Part shown: positions 1 through 16,568 of the stretch, one piece after another | Position numbering within the stretch: position 1 is the first letter of the stretch | Layout: every line of letters begins with the position of its first letter | NCBI RefSeq assembly: GCF_009914755.1 | Contig: NC_060936.1 | DNA from: the human T2T-CHM13v2.0 reference genome, Homo sapiens | Reading direction: 5' to 3' (one strand) | DNA: 64,000 nt | The notes under the pieces: generated by a model | Database searches by the model: none | What the model saw: the letters and a program-made list of their open reading frames with translations, nothing else | What the model was told of the DNA's origin: nothing | Translations under genes and position numbers: made by a program

Positions 1-127
1 TATTTTTAGTAGAGATGGGGTTTCACCATGTTGGTCAGGCTGGTCTCAAACTCCCAACCTCAAGTGATCTGCCCGCCTCATCCTCCCAAAGTGCTGGGAT
101 TACAGGCATGAGCCACCATGCCTGGCC
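1..127 (-). mobile_element. Alu left arm, truncated by the window start
   Basis: Alu consensus, antisense. Confidence 0.95.
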
Positions 128-129
128 CA

Positions 130-320
130 CTCAAGCATTTTTTAATTAAGGTATGTATTTTTTAGATATGGTATTGAACACTTAAGAGACTACAGTATAG
201 TGTAAACATAACTTTTGTATGCACTAGAAAATAAAAATTTCATGTGACTCACTTTTTTGAGATATTTGCTTTATTGCAGTGGTCTGAAACCAAACCTGTA
301 ATATCTCCAAGATATGCCTG
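130..320 (+). mobile_element. Tigger1 3' end with terminal inverted repeat
   Basis: gactacagtatagtgtaaacataactttt...atatctccaagatatgcctg followed by a TA target site. Confidence 0.8.
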
Positions 321-439
321 TACTGAAGAGTAAGATTTTGTCAGTTAGAGTTTAATCTTGGAAAGACTACAAACCACTGTAATAACCTAAGCATTATTTG
401 ATTCCCCAAGGACCAATTTTCACCCCTTTGGGGGCCATA

Positions 440-938
440 TTAATTTTTTATGGCTGCTATACCAAAGTACTATGAATTTTATGGCTGAAAACAGCACGAA
501 CTTATTCCCTTGTAGTTCTAGAGGCCGGAAATGCAGTTCACTGGGGGTAATGTCAAGGTGTAGGGCCATACCCCCAGGAAGGCTCTGGGGAAGCGTACAT
601 TTCCTCTTCCAGCTTCCATCTTTTTCTGGCTTCCAGACTTGCATTCTGTGTGTTCACTGACTCATGTCTGCTTCCTCCATCTTTCAAAGCCAGCAGCCGT
701 GTAGCATCTTGTTTCAATGTCACGTTGCCTTTTTCTTCTGTCAAGTCTCCCTCTGCCTGCCTCTCATGAGGACAGTGTGATTACACTTAGGGTCTACCTT
801 GCTAATTCCGGATAATCTCTGCATCTCAAAATCCTTAATTTAATCGTATCTGCAAAGCTTGTGTTACCATATAAGGTAAGAGTCACAGGTTCCCAGGATT
901 AGGAACTGGATATCTTTGGGGACCAATACTCAGCCACA
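440..938 (-). mobile_element. MaLR LTR (MLT1-type)
   Basis: ggctgctataccaaagtac...gtagttctagagg...ttaatcgtatctgcaaag...ggattaggaactggatatctttgggg motifs. Confidence 0.7.
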
Positions 939-2132
939 GAGGTGATACCACTCCCCACCCCTTAAAAATGCATGTTCTACACCAGTAAGGAAGAAAGAAA
1001 ATAAGAAAGAAGAGTAAAAGATAATAAATATGTAACTTTGGCTACAAATGAATTCTTTATTATATCTCATTCTATTTGGGGCACTTGCTATTAGAACAAA
1101 GAGAGAAGATATATTTAAAATTAATAGGATTCAGAAGAGTAGAGTTGATGATGTTCACCTCATTGCGATGTACTCACCCATTCATTTATTTTGCATTACC
1201 CTTCCTGCCTGGGGCCAGTCAGCAGAGGAGGGCAGTGAGTCACTCCAAGGTCAGACAGTATTATTACCCTCTTATTGTGATGGGCAAATCCACCATTAAG
1301 CTTCAGATTGAGAGAAACACCATTGAGTTGGCAAATGCTTTCGATGTGTACGTGCAGAAAGTCATATGTATCTACAATTTTCCAGACAGCGGCAAAGAGA
1401 AATGGAAACTCTGTGCTGTATTTTAATTGGCTGCAAAATGTTTCCTTCAGAAATTACCATTCCATTAAGCACCTACTCTGTGCAAACGCTTTGCAAACAC
1501 TGCTGGGAATAGCTGCATGTATAAGGGCATGCCTACCTTTATTAGACTGTTCAGGGGAATAAAATGAAGTTACAATTTATTCTAATACTAGAATGCAGTT
1601 CTCTCCCCATGGACTGCACCTTTCAGGATAGTGGCCTGAATCAGAGCAGAAAACACCTGCTGGATATCCTCCAAGTACACAGTCTGATTAGTGCCCTCTG
1701 GGAAACATGGAGGCAGATACTACTTGGCTCTCCAGCCTAAGGGAAGTATTATTAATTAAAAACTTAAAGCCAGGTTCTTCTCTGTGTATGGTTATGCATG
1801 TCCTAGATGGCCTTGAAATTGATCTGTTCTCCATTAGCAATCTGTGAATTGTACTCCTGTCTGAAATTGAGTAGAGGTCAGAGCTATGAAGGTTGAATTC
1901 AACAAGAATTTTTATGAAGTATAACTAGAGTTAGTGCTCTGCTCTAACTGCTTTTGGAGACAGACTTTCCCCAGTGTATCCCATCAAATCACAGACTAAA
2001 AACAGTCTATTTCCCCTTATTCTTGGCCAGATAGGACCTAGGCACCTGAATTTTTTTTTAAACTAGATTTCCAGGAAATTTTATTGAAGGCTAACAGCAT
2101 AGCATTTCATGTTGGATAAAGAAGATGCACAA

Positions 2133-2867
<735 letters not shown>

Positions 2868-3059
2868 TTAGAGCTTAATCCTTTTCTGTAAGTGGAAATC
2901 CTTTCCACTGGTTTATTTTCCTTTTGATTTTATTTTACTTTGACACCCTAAAGGTTTAGTGTTCCTGTTTTTAAATCTACTGATCGTTTCTTATGAGATT
3001 CCTTAGAGTGCCCTTTAAGTATGCACAGATTTTGCAAATGCATTCATTTTCTTATTTGC

Positions 3060-3278
3060 CAGGGTTTAACACTGGCTATGCACATGTTAGCTGAATAACC
3101 TTAGGCAAGTAAATTATCCTCTCTGGGCCTCGATCTTGTTAGCTATTAAGTGGGAATAATGACAATTCCTAACTCAAGGGTCTGTTGTGAGGATTAAATG
3201 AGTCCTTACATGTGACATACTTGAAATAGTACCTGGTGCAGAGTTAGGGCTGGGTGAGTGTTAGCTATTGTATTATTA
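3060..3278 (+). mobile_element. MIR
   Basis: accttaggcaagt...ctctctgggcctc...gttgtgaggattaaatgag core. Confidence 0.8.
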
Positions 3279-3317
3279 TTTCATTGCTGTTTGCATATAT
3301 TTTTAAAATGTATTTAG

Positions 3318-3632
<315 letters not shown>

Positions 3633-4830
3633 AGGGTTATTTCTTAGGGATAGCATTCCAGAAATATAATTAAAATTTATTGATCCAGAAATATAATTAA
3701 AAATAATTGATCAAATGGTAGAAGACTTTTTAAATTTATATTTCATCAATTTTACACATTTGTTAGGTTTTAATGTTTCTACTACTTGTGTGTGCCAAAA
3801 AATTATTGATTTTCTTAATCGTTTTCTATGAGTAGAAATCCTTTCCACTGGTTTGTTATTTTCCTTTTGATTTTATTTTACTTTTGACACCCTGAAGGTT
3901 TAGTGTTCCTGTTTTTAAATGTACTGATTGTTTCTTAGGAGATTCCTTAGAGTGCCCTTTAAGCAGAGAATATCTTTCCCTCTCCTTCCTCTTCCCTTCA
4001 CTCTTCTCAAAACTATAAAAATATAATACTCATTTCTACCTGTTTTCGTGGCTTTTATACTTTCAATGTGTTCATCTACATGAGATTTAGTTTGATGTGT
4101 GGAACAGCAAGAGAGTTTAAATTAAAAATCTTCCCCTAAATGGCTAAATGTCCCAGTGCCATTTACAGTGTGGTACCCCTCCTGTAATAAGAATATTACA
4201 TTCTTATCCGTATTAATTATTTCTTATTCAAACTTACCAGTGGCATTTAAGAAATCATTAGTTCAGTTGTTTATAGGTAAGAAGACTCATTCTTTATCTG
4301 CTATTTCAAAATTAAAATCATTGTCTTTCATAGATATTTTCTGAAATGAAATATGGAAAACAATTATTTTTACAATGAGACTTGGAAAAAAATCAATACT
4401 AAGTTTCTTTTGTATACAAGATAGCCAATAATACCTAGGCCTAAAACGTTCCAATCTAGTTTTTTGTCTGCTAATAGGTGCTCAGTATGACGGAGCTTTT
4501 CTTGAGGACCATTTGACCCTGTGTCTCTCTTTGCCTTTCCCCTTATGAAAATAAGCTGACCCCTACATCCAATCAAATCATCATAGCAAGGTTTTCATCA
4601 TTTTTTATGGAATGTCAGCCTTGCCACCTGCTTGCCTGGTACCCAATACATATAATCTCTCTTCAGGCTGCAACACACAGCACTTGAGGCAGGCTGTCAT
4701 TAATTGGAGTTACCTCCAATTGCCTACTTCTTATTCTATTCCTATCAAAAACCCAGCTGACAGGTACACAAGGGGCATAGCCCAAATTACATGTAATCCA
4801 TAAATCTCTCCATTTTTTCTTAAGTCTTAG

Positions 4831-5145
<315 letters not shown>

Positions 5146-5460
5146 GACATAGGCTATTTTTTAAAATGCAAGCTCTTCTGAACCATATAATATGATGTTT
5201 TAAAATATAGACTCTGAAGACAAAGACCTGGGCTCAGAATCAGGCCCCACCACTTATTTTCAATGGAATCTTGTCTGAATCTTGTAATCTTTCCAAGCCT
5301 CAGTTTTTTCATCTGTATAATAGGGATAAAAATAATAGTAAACAAATAAATGTATTTCTTTTGAATATCTAGTAGTATTTTAAAAATCAGATAACTAGAA
5401 TTATATAACTCTATGTGCTTTATTTTTTACTTGTTTGCTGGGAATCAAAGAGCTTAGTTT

Positions 5461-5575
5461 TGTTTTTTGTTTTTTTTTTTTTTGAGACGGAGTCTCGCTC
5501 TGTCCCCCAGGCTGGAGTGCAGTGGCGCGATCTCAGCTCACTGCAAGCTCCCCCTCCCAGGTTCACGCCATTCTC
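5461..5575 (-). mobile_element. 5'-truncated AluY-like insertion
   Basis: Right-arm tip only; perfect 16-bp TSD tcaaagagcttagttt at 5445-5460 and 5574-5589. Confidence 0.9.
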
Positions 5576-5739
5576 AAAGAGCTTAGTTTAAGCTCAATTC
5601 AAGTGACTATTTGAGGCCTGGTCAGGATATCTGCTGTTATTTGGAACACAAGCTGTTTGCCCAGGACTAAGATCAAGTGATTTTCCTAAAGCAAACAGTG
5701 TATTGAATGTAATCCAAATCATCAGCAGGAACAAAGGAG

Positions 5740-6865
<1,126 letters not shown>

Positions 6866-6934
6866 TCATCTTTACAGTTATTTGATTATTTGCAGATTTT
6901 CAGTGTTTATTGTTTTTACTTTCCTTGCCCCACT

Positions 6935-8800
<1,866 letters not shown>

Positions 8801-8890
8801 AACATTAAAATGTAAAACAGACTCTTGTGCTGATTTTAAGAACTCTAAGTTAGAAGAGGGTGGGGAGAACTGGGAAGCTGGGGAGCCCAA

Positions 8891-9347
8891 GATGCAGGAT
8901 TTTGGCTCTTTAGCTCAGCTAGGTTCAGGTTCTTGTCTCACAACCAGGAGGAATTAGGCACGTGGACACCAGAGGGTGAGTAGAGTAGAATTTATTAAGC
9001 AAAAGGAAAGCTCTCAGCAAAGAGGGGGGTCTGGAAAAGCAGGTTGTTGGCTGCCCCCTTCACAGTTGAATACTGTGCTTAAGGCACAAATTCCTGGCGG
9101 CTCCACCCCATCCTTCCAGTGCGCATGTGGGCCCTTAGGGTGAGCCACTCCATATTGATTTACTTCCCTTACTGCACATGTGTTAAGGAATGGAATTTTC
9201 CACTGCGGGCATGTTTAGGCAAGCCCCCTGTGCAAGTTCCCACATCTGCACAAAATATCTGGTGTAAGCATTTGTGGGGCGGGTTGGAGGTTCTCCAGGG
9301 ACCCTTCCCTTACTGTCTGCCTAAAGCAAGCTGGCTAACTTCTTACA
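8891..9347 (-). mobile_element. Solo ERV1 LTR, MER61-like (HUERS-P3 group)
   Basis: Reverse complement begins tgtaagaagttagccagcttgctttaggcagacagtaagggaagggtccc, has AATAAA and a U5 ending ctagctgagctaaagagcc. Subfamily is from memory. Confidence 0.75.
9207..9226. promoter_or_regulatory. Perfect p53 response element
   Basis: GGGCATGTTT-AGGCAAGCCC = RRRCWWGYYY x2 with no spacer; extra near half-site GTGCAAGTTC at 9230-9239. Confidence 0.8.
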
Positions 9348-10439
9348 CCTGTGTATTATACAGCACCAGTCTTTAGGGAAAGGAACTTCAGGTGGGTAGG
9401 GTAGAGTATAGCAATAGCTGGCAAGAAAAAAAAGATTTGAAGAAACAAACTCTGTGGTGCCCTAGGGAGCAGATGTGGGATGGAAAAGTGAGGCTGGGCC
9501 TTAAATCACAAGAAGCCCAAGGTGTACAGGGATCTCTTTACAACAGAACGTGTTCTTATATATGAGTTATTTGAAATAGCTTAATTATACCACTATACTG
9601 TCATTAATAATGGATAAATGTACTTCAAAGTAATTTATTAGTTTGTCTGTGAATATGTCTTTCCTTGTCTCTTTTCCCCCTTACCTAGAATGTAAACAAG
9701 AGAGAAGAGAACTCCAGATCTGATTTTCATGGAGGAAGGTGATACAGATCATTATGGCTGTAAGGGGAGGATTCTTGTGTTTCCCAGGTGTCCTGAAACC
9801 ATTCACATGGAGCCTAAGTTAAAATGCTCTGGGTTCGGGAGTGTCTTCCTGGAGATCACTAAGGGCTTCAGGACTCCTTGAGATGGAGTTTTCTTTTCTC
9901 TCTCTCTCTTTTTTTTTTTTAGTATTTTAAAATGTATTTCGTTAATTAGCAGCAGTATGCCAAAGTTGTTCCATTATTATATTTTGTTCATTCTTTTGTA
10001 CAAGTGTCTTCCAATGTGATTTGATAATGCCAACAATTTGCAAGTGATTTTATTGCAGCATGACTTTGGTTCCCAGGAATGCTGAAGCACAGGTCCTAGA
10101 ACAGAGGCTTGAAAAGGAAATAAAAGGGATTTGATCATAAATGCTTCTGGGGTTGGCATACCAGATCATTTTGAGCTCAAATAGGAGACAAAAGAAAGGA
10201 TGTTGGGAAAGCTGTATGGTGGAGAGGCTGAACTGTTGGAATGAAAAGACAAGAAGCATATTATTATGTTAATTCCAGCACCCTAGATCTGCAATGCTGA
10301 AAGGACTGCCAAAACTAAAGCTTGTCCTACACCACGTTCATCACAAAGAAATTCTGTTTAGACGTTGAGTTAAACTTTCTCAACTGTATTCAGTACAGGA
10401 TTAAGTGGTTGAGATGGGCCATTCTGCAGTTACACTGTT

Positions 10440-10640
10440 TCCGTTCCAGTCTGGGTCTCCTCATGTATTAGCTGTGTGGACCTTGGGCAGGTAACTCCTT
10501 TGTGCCTCAAAGAAATGGAGATGACGATAATACCTACCTCAGTGGGGTTATTGTGAGGATAAAATGCGATTAATAGAAAATAATTAGAATGGTGCCTGGG
10601 ATACATACTGCTCATTAAACATTGTATATTTTTATTATTA
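10440..10640 (+). mobile_element. MIR
   Basis: tagctgtgtggaccttgggcagg...gttattgtgaggataaaatg. Confidence 0.75.
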
Positions 10641-10917
10641 GTGCACTGTGCTATAATAGGATGGCTATCTAGAAAACATCATGCAATTTGTAATGCACAT
10701 TTATCATCCAGTTAATTGAAAGAGGTAGTGATGGGACAGTGGTGGCAGACATTGAATGCTCAGGGATGAAAAATGAGACAGGTTTTATCTTGTTTTGTTT
10801 TATTTTTGCCTCTCATTAGGTATCCACCTACTTTTCAAAATTGTGTTATTTTAATCTTTATTGCATACAGACATATTCTCAGTAAATTGAGGCCACCATA
10901 TGGAAGTGTAAGGATGA

Positions 10918-11220
10918 AGCCAGGCGCAGTGGCTCATGCCTGTAATCCTAGCACTTTGGGAGGCTGAGGTGGGCGGATCATTTGAGCCTACGAGTTCAAG
11001 ACCAGCCTAGACAACATGGATAAATCCTGTCTCTACAAAAAAAATACAAAAATTAGCCAGATGTGGTGGCATGTGCCTATAGTCCCAGCTACTTGGGAGG
11101 CTAAGGTGGGAGGATTGCCTGAGCCCAAGGAGGTCGAGGCTGCGGTGAGCTGTGATCATACCACTCACTTCACTCTAGCCAGGGTGACACAGTGAGACCC
11201 TGTATCAAAAAAAAGAAGAA
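10918..11220 (+). mobile_element. AluJ
   Basis: TSD gaagtgtaaggatgaa / gaagtataaggatgaa. Confidence 0.95.
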
Positions 11221-11549
11221 GTATAAGGATGAAATCATAAGCTTAGGTCCTAGTTCTTTTGAGTGAGTTAGAACCTATATAAAATTTTCTCCTTTTGGAA
11301 TTTTATTTTTCTAATGTTTACCTCATTATTTTCTGACTATAATAGAAAATTATCCTTAAAGTTTGCCATTACAAAGGGAATTGTACTTCTTTAAAATGCC
11401 AATTAAAAATATCTTCTTGTTGTTCTTATATATATTTTTAAGTTATATATGCATATGTTAAAATATTTAAGTGAAATAGGAATGACATAAAAATAAAATC
11501 TTCCTCCTCACTACCTCAACCTCCAGTCCCATGCTATAGAAGTAAATAC

Positions 11550-11740
11550 TTAAATTAGTTTGCTGTAACAAATTACCACAAACTTTGTGGCTTAAAGCAA
11601 CACGAATCCATCTCATAGTTGTGTAGCTCAGCATTCTGAAATGCGTCTCACTGGGTGAAAAATTAAGGCATCAGCAGGACTGGTTTCTTCCTGGAGGCTC
11701 TAGGGAAGAATCTTTTCCTTGCCCTTCTCACGTTCTAGAC
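11550..11740 (-). mobile_element. MLT1 LTR fragment
   Basis: gctgtaacaaattaccacaaactttgtggcttaaagcaacac...ggaggctctagggaagaatc. Confidence 0.7.
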
Positions 11741-12198
11741 CCCACTATTAACACTCATATATTGTTTCAGAAATGTTTAATGCTCCTTGATTTTTATCAC
11801 CTAATTGTATATTTTCTAGAACTCTCCATTCTTTTATATACAGCTACATACTGTTCTACTATATGGATGCACCAGATGTTATGTGTCCAGCTCCCTGTGT
11901 TAATGGAGTCTTGGTTTATTTTCAAGTTTTTATTTTCATAAATTGCATCATAAATAATATCTTTATACTTTCATATTTATGCATTTTGACAAACAGATCC
12001 ATGGGATAAGTTGTTCTTGGTGTAGTTTCCAGGTAAAGCAGGATGTACATTTACACTTTTGATACTTCTTTTTAAATTGCCTTCTCAAAAGACATCTATT
12101 ATCTTTCCCTCCAGTGATGAGTAAGAGTTCATATTTCCACACGGTTTTGGGGCGCTCGGGAGTTTGTTTTTTTTACAAAACTTTTAAAACTTTACCAC

Positions 12199-12456
12199 TA
12201 TATATATAATATATTTATAATATATATTTATAATAAATATCATATATTTATAATATATATTTATAATAAATATTATATATTATATATTTATAATATATAT
12301 TTATAAATATATATTTATAATAAATATTATATATTATATATTTATAATAAATATTATATATTATATATTACATATTATATATTTATAATAAATATTATAT
12401 AATATATACTATATATTTTATATATATTATATATCTTGTATATATTATATATATAA
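12199..12456. repeat. AT-rich (TA)n / TATATATTTATAATAAATAT low-complexity tandem repeat
   Basis: About 260 bp almost entirely A/T. Confidence 0.95.
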
Positions 12457-13077
12457 CTTCTCTTTTTACTTCGTTTCACTTGAGTTATAAATTTGCCATG
12501 TTTGGAGGTTTTCGATGGTCCTAGCAAACCAGTTTCCCTAGAAGCAACTTCCCTTCAGTCCGATTCACATCAAAGATGTGACTTCAATACCATCTGATGT
12601 TCAAGCTATTTATTTTAGCAGTGGTCTTACAAGTCGGATAGTGGGAGCAGGTGGGTGGCATGGGCCAGATTCAATCAGAGGTCAGATGACTGCCTGTCCA
12701 GGAGGGTCTCCATCTGGAGACTATTCTCAGAGTTTGGGAGATTCTTCCCATTTCTTCTACCTGCATTTAGTTCAGTCAATTATCAGGCGTTTCTTTCATA
12801 AGAGGAGGTTAAGCTAGTCTTATAAGGGTAAGCTTTGTTAAAGGTTTACGAGATTTGCATCCGTGATGAGGTGGCCTTATGTCCTGGAAATCCCTGGGCC
12901 AGCTTGGAAATCCCCAGGCCAGGTGGCCTCACGCTGCTAAGTGGCACATAGTGTCAGTCCTGTGAGAGCTTGTTAATGCCTTATAGCTATCATTAATCTT
13001 GTAGTCATGATATGTCTCCTATAGGATGCTACACAGTTGGTTTTAGCATTTTACTATCGTTTTGTTGTTGATTACTT

Positions 13078-13400
13078 TTGTTTTCTTTCGTTTTTTGTTT
13101 CTGTTTTTGAGACAGGGTCTTACTCTGTCATCCCGGCTGGAGTGCAGTGGCATGATCATGGCTCATTGCAACCTCTGCCTCCCGGGTTCATATGGAAGGC
13201 AGAGGATTCTCCCACCTCAGCCTCCTGAGTAGCTGGGACTACAGGTGCACACCACCGCACCCAGGTAATTTTTGCATTTTTTGTAGAGACTGGGTTTTGC
13301 CATGTTGCCCAGGCTGGTCTTGAACTCCTGGGCTCAAGCAGTCGGCCCGCCTTGGCCTCCCAAAGTGTTGGGATTACAGGTGTGAGTCATCGTGCCCAGC
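13078..13400 (-). mobile_element. AluJ with a small inverted insertion
   Basis: Alu consensus. Confidence 0.95.
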
Positions 13401-13939
13401 CAGCATCTTACTATGTTTATTAGCCATTTGGATTCCTTTTTCTTTGAATTGCTGCTTGTTAATATATTGGCCCTTTTTTCTGTTACATTATTAATAATGC
13501 CAGGAATTATGCTAGTTGCTATGCAAGATGCAGACTTGAGGAAAACCTGGTCCCAGCTTTCAAAATGCTTACTTTCCAAATCTGACTCATCGTTTGACTT
13601 TAATGCCCCACTGGACTTCTCTAACAGCATTTTCCATTTTCCCTTTCAAAAGGACTCAAAATATACAAATTTAATTTGATGATAAGAGCTCAAGAAAGGC
13701 CGTGGATTCTTTTTTTTTTTATTTTTATAGTAAAAGTGATCAGACTGTTTCCTCTTTTAAGAAGAAAAAGAAAGCAGAGGTCAATATTAAGCTTCCAATT
13801 AATGCTTATTCATCACAAATAGTAAGTAAATAATGACAGAAATAATTCCTTAGTCACTCTCTAGCACACTTCTTTTTTATTTTTAACATTTTTCACTATG
13901 TGAGATTTCCTAGATTTGTTTTATTTTCTGTTTCCCTCT

Positions 13940-14685
13940 AACTGCAATACAAGCTCTTGTGGACTGGAACCACACCTGTCATATTCATGCTGTATCTCAC
14001 CTGTCATATTCACTGCCAAATCCCACCTGCCATAATCACTGCCGTATCCCACCTGTCATAATCACTGCCGTATCCCACCTGCCATAATCACTGCCGTATC
14101 CCACCTGTCATAATCACTGCCATATCCCACCTGCCATAATCACTGCTGTATCCCACCTGTCATATTTACTGCTGTATCCCACCTGTCATAATCACTGCCG
14201 TATCCCACCTGCCACATTCATTGCGGTATCCCACCTGCCATAATCACTGCCCATATCCCACCTGCCGTATTCACTGCCGAATCCCACCTGCCATAATCAC
14301 TGCCATATTCCACGTCATATTCACTGCCATATCCCACCTGCCATATTCACTGCCGTATCCCACCTGCCATAATCACTGCCCATATCCCACCTGCCGTATT
14401 CACTGCCGAATCCCACCTGCCATAATCACTGCCATATTCCACATGTCATATTCACTGCCATATCCCACTTGCCATATTCACTGCCGTATCCCACCTGCCA
14501 TAATCACTGCCCATATTCCCACCTGCCATATTCACTGGCAGATCCCACCTGCCATAATCACTGCCGTATCCCACCTGTCATATTCACTGCCATACCCCAC
14601 CTACCATATTCACTGCTGTATCCCAAGCTTCCAGAGTAGGCTCTAGCATTTGTAGGTGCTCAGTGAATATTTGCTGAATTAGCAA
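13940..14685 (+). mobile_element. L2 3' end hosting the minisatellite
   Basis: aagctcttgtggactggaacc...[array]...ttcactgctgtatcccaagc...gtaggtgctcagtgaatatttgctgaat. Confidence 0.7.
13972..14624. repeat. Minisatellite (VNTR), 26-bp unit, about 25 copies
   Basis: Unit ATCCCACCTG(C/T)CATA(A/T)TCACTGCC(G/A)T; embedded in an L2 3' end. Confidence 0.95.
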
Positions 14686-15183
14686 AATAGAAAATTTAAA
14701 TCTCTTAACAGGTACCACGTTTTGACATAATCACTTGTAACATCTATTTAGAAATCCATAGGCAGCACAAGCACATAAATAAAAACCTGACCTTCCCCAA
14801 GATCTTTCCTCCTCTGTTCAGCATGCTGTGTCAAGAGCAGCACATTGTGTGGTCACTGTCTCATTCAATTGGGACAGTCGCATCATCTGCCCCTTGCTGA
14901 ATCGAGCCTTTGAATTAGATGAAGGAAATTTGGGCCAAGTCTTCTGGAATTTAGTGACTACTATTATCTAGTTTCCCTCTGGTGCAATTAGAAATGAGCA
15001 ATGAACCAATATATAACCTTGCTTAAAAAGCAATTTCCTTTACTATTCTCCTTGTTTAATTAGTCTGTTTTGTTCTCCCTGAGCTCGAGAGGCATTTTTT
15101 CTCCCAAAGCAGAAGCATTAAGTAAGATGCATTCAGTGTTTTCATGAGATTCATTCATTCTTCTTGGACAAGATCTTGGCCAC

Positions 15184-15597
15184 TGTATTAGTCTGCTTGG
15201 GCTGCCATAACAAAATATCACAGACCAGGTGGCCCAAACAACAGAAATTGATTTCTCACAGTTCTGGAGTCTGAGAGGTCTAAGATCGAGGTGTCTGCTG
15301 ATTTGGTTCCTGCTGAGGGCCCTCTTCCTGCTTGTGACAGCCACCTTCTTGCTGCATCCTCACGTGACTTTTCCTCTGTGCTTGCATGGAGAGAAAGAGA
15401 CAACAAGACAGATTCGCTGATGTCTCTTCATATAAAGGCACTGATTCCATCAGGCCACTGATCCCATCATCCCCCAGCCTCATAGCCTCATCCAATCCCA
15501 TTTAATTCCCAAAGGCCCTATCTCCAATTACCATCACATTGGGAACTGGGGCTTCAACATAGGAGTTTGGGGGAACTCAAACATTCAGTTCATAACA
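15184..15597 (-). mobile_element. MaLR solo LTR (MLT1A-like)
   Basis: tgtattagtctgcttgggctgccataacaaaa ... cattcagttcataaca, with 5-bp TSD GCCAC on both sides. Confidence 0.85.
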
Positions 15598-16269
15598 GCC
15601 ACCATGTGCCAGTCATCTGGACAGAGGTTGAAAAAGCCCTATCCATGCCAAAATCTTACCTCTTAAGGTAGTAGAGGCATACTGCTAATGTGAACCTTTA
15701 AAAATGCTCATTTATTCTACAGATATTCCTTGTTTATGCCATATTACTCACTGGCTTAAAAATCTTCTAATGATGAGGCATGGAACTTGGAGAAACCACC
15801 CAAAGTTTCTACCATGTTCTGCAAGGCTGTGATCAGGCACCTGCTTACCTCTCACACTGCTCCAGCCACACTGGCCTGCGTGCTGCTGCTTTCTCCCTTA
15901 GGGCCTTTGCTCTGGCTGTTCATTCTCCTTGTGGTGCTTTGCCCCAGATAGCTGGCTCATTCTCATCATTCAGGTCTCACTTAAGTGTCATCTTTCATAG
16001 GACATCCCTGATACCCAATCAGAATTACTCCCTTGGCCAGCTGGCCTGTGCCAGATGCTTTGCTGGATATGAAGACACAAAGATCAGTAGTGCGGCCAGG
16101 CGTATTAAAATATTACCCTTAATCAATGTTGACTCGACATTAATAATAGAGCATATTAATGATAATATTATTAATTAATTATTATTAATTTATCAATAGA
16201 GCAGATATTGAACACTTACTATTTGCAAGGCATTATGCTAAGTCTTTGCCATTATTATAATTATTGTTA

Positions 16270-16568
16270 TTTTATTTTTTATTCTTTTAGAGGTAGGGTC
16301 TCACTCTGTGGCCCAGGCTGGAGTGCAGTGGTACAATCATAGCTCACTGCAACCTTGACCCCCTGGGCTCAAGCAATCCTCCTGTCTCAGCCTCCTGAGT
16401 AGGCAGGACTACAGCCATGCACTACCATGCCCAGCTAATTTTTTAATTTTTTGAGACGGGTTTTTGCTATGTTGCCCAGGCTGATCTCGAACTTCTGGCT
16501 TCAAGCAGTCCTCCTGCTTTGACCTTCAAAAATGCTGGGATTACAGGTGTGAGCCACTACGCCCTGCC
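16270..16568 (-). mobile_element. AluJ inserted in a MIR
   Basis: TSD ctttgccattatt. Confidence 0.92.

Noticed and set aside
1512-1533. Possible second p53 site around GGGCATGCCT
   Set aside because: One good half-site only; the partner has three mismatches.
13972-14624. CRISPR-like appearance of the repeat array
   Set aside because: Units are directly adjacent with no unique spacers, in a eukaryotic context.
14221-14646. Cys/His-rich 141-aa ORF resembling a metal-binding protein
   Set aside because: It is the translation of the 26-bp minisatellite.
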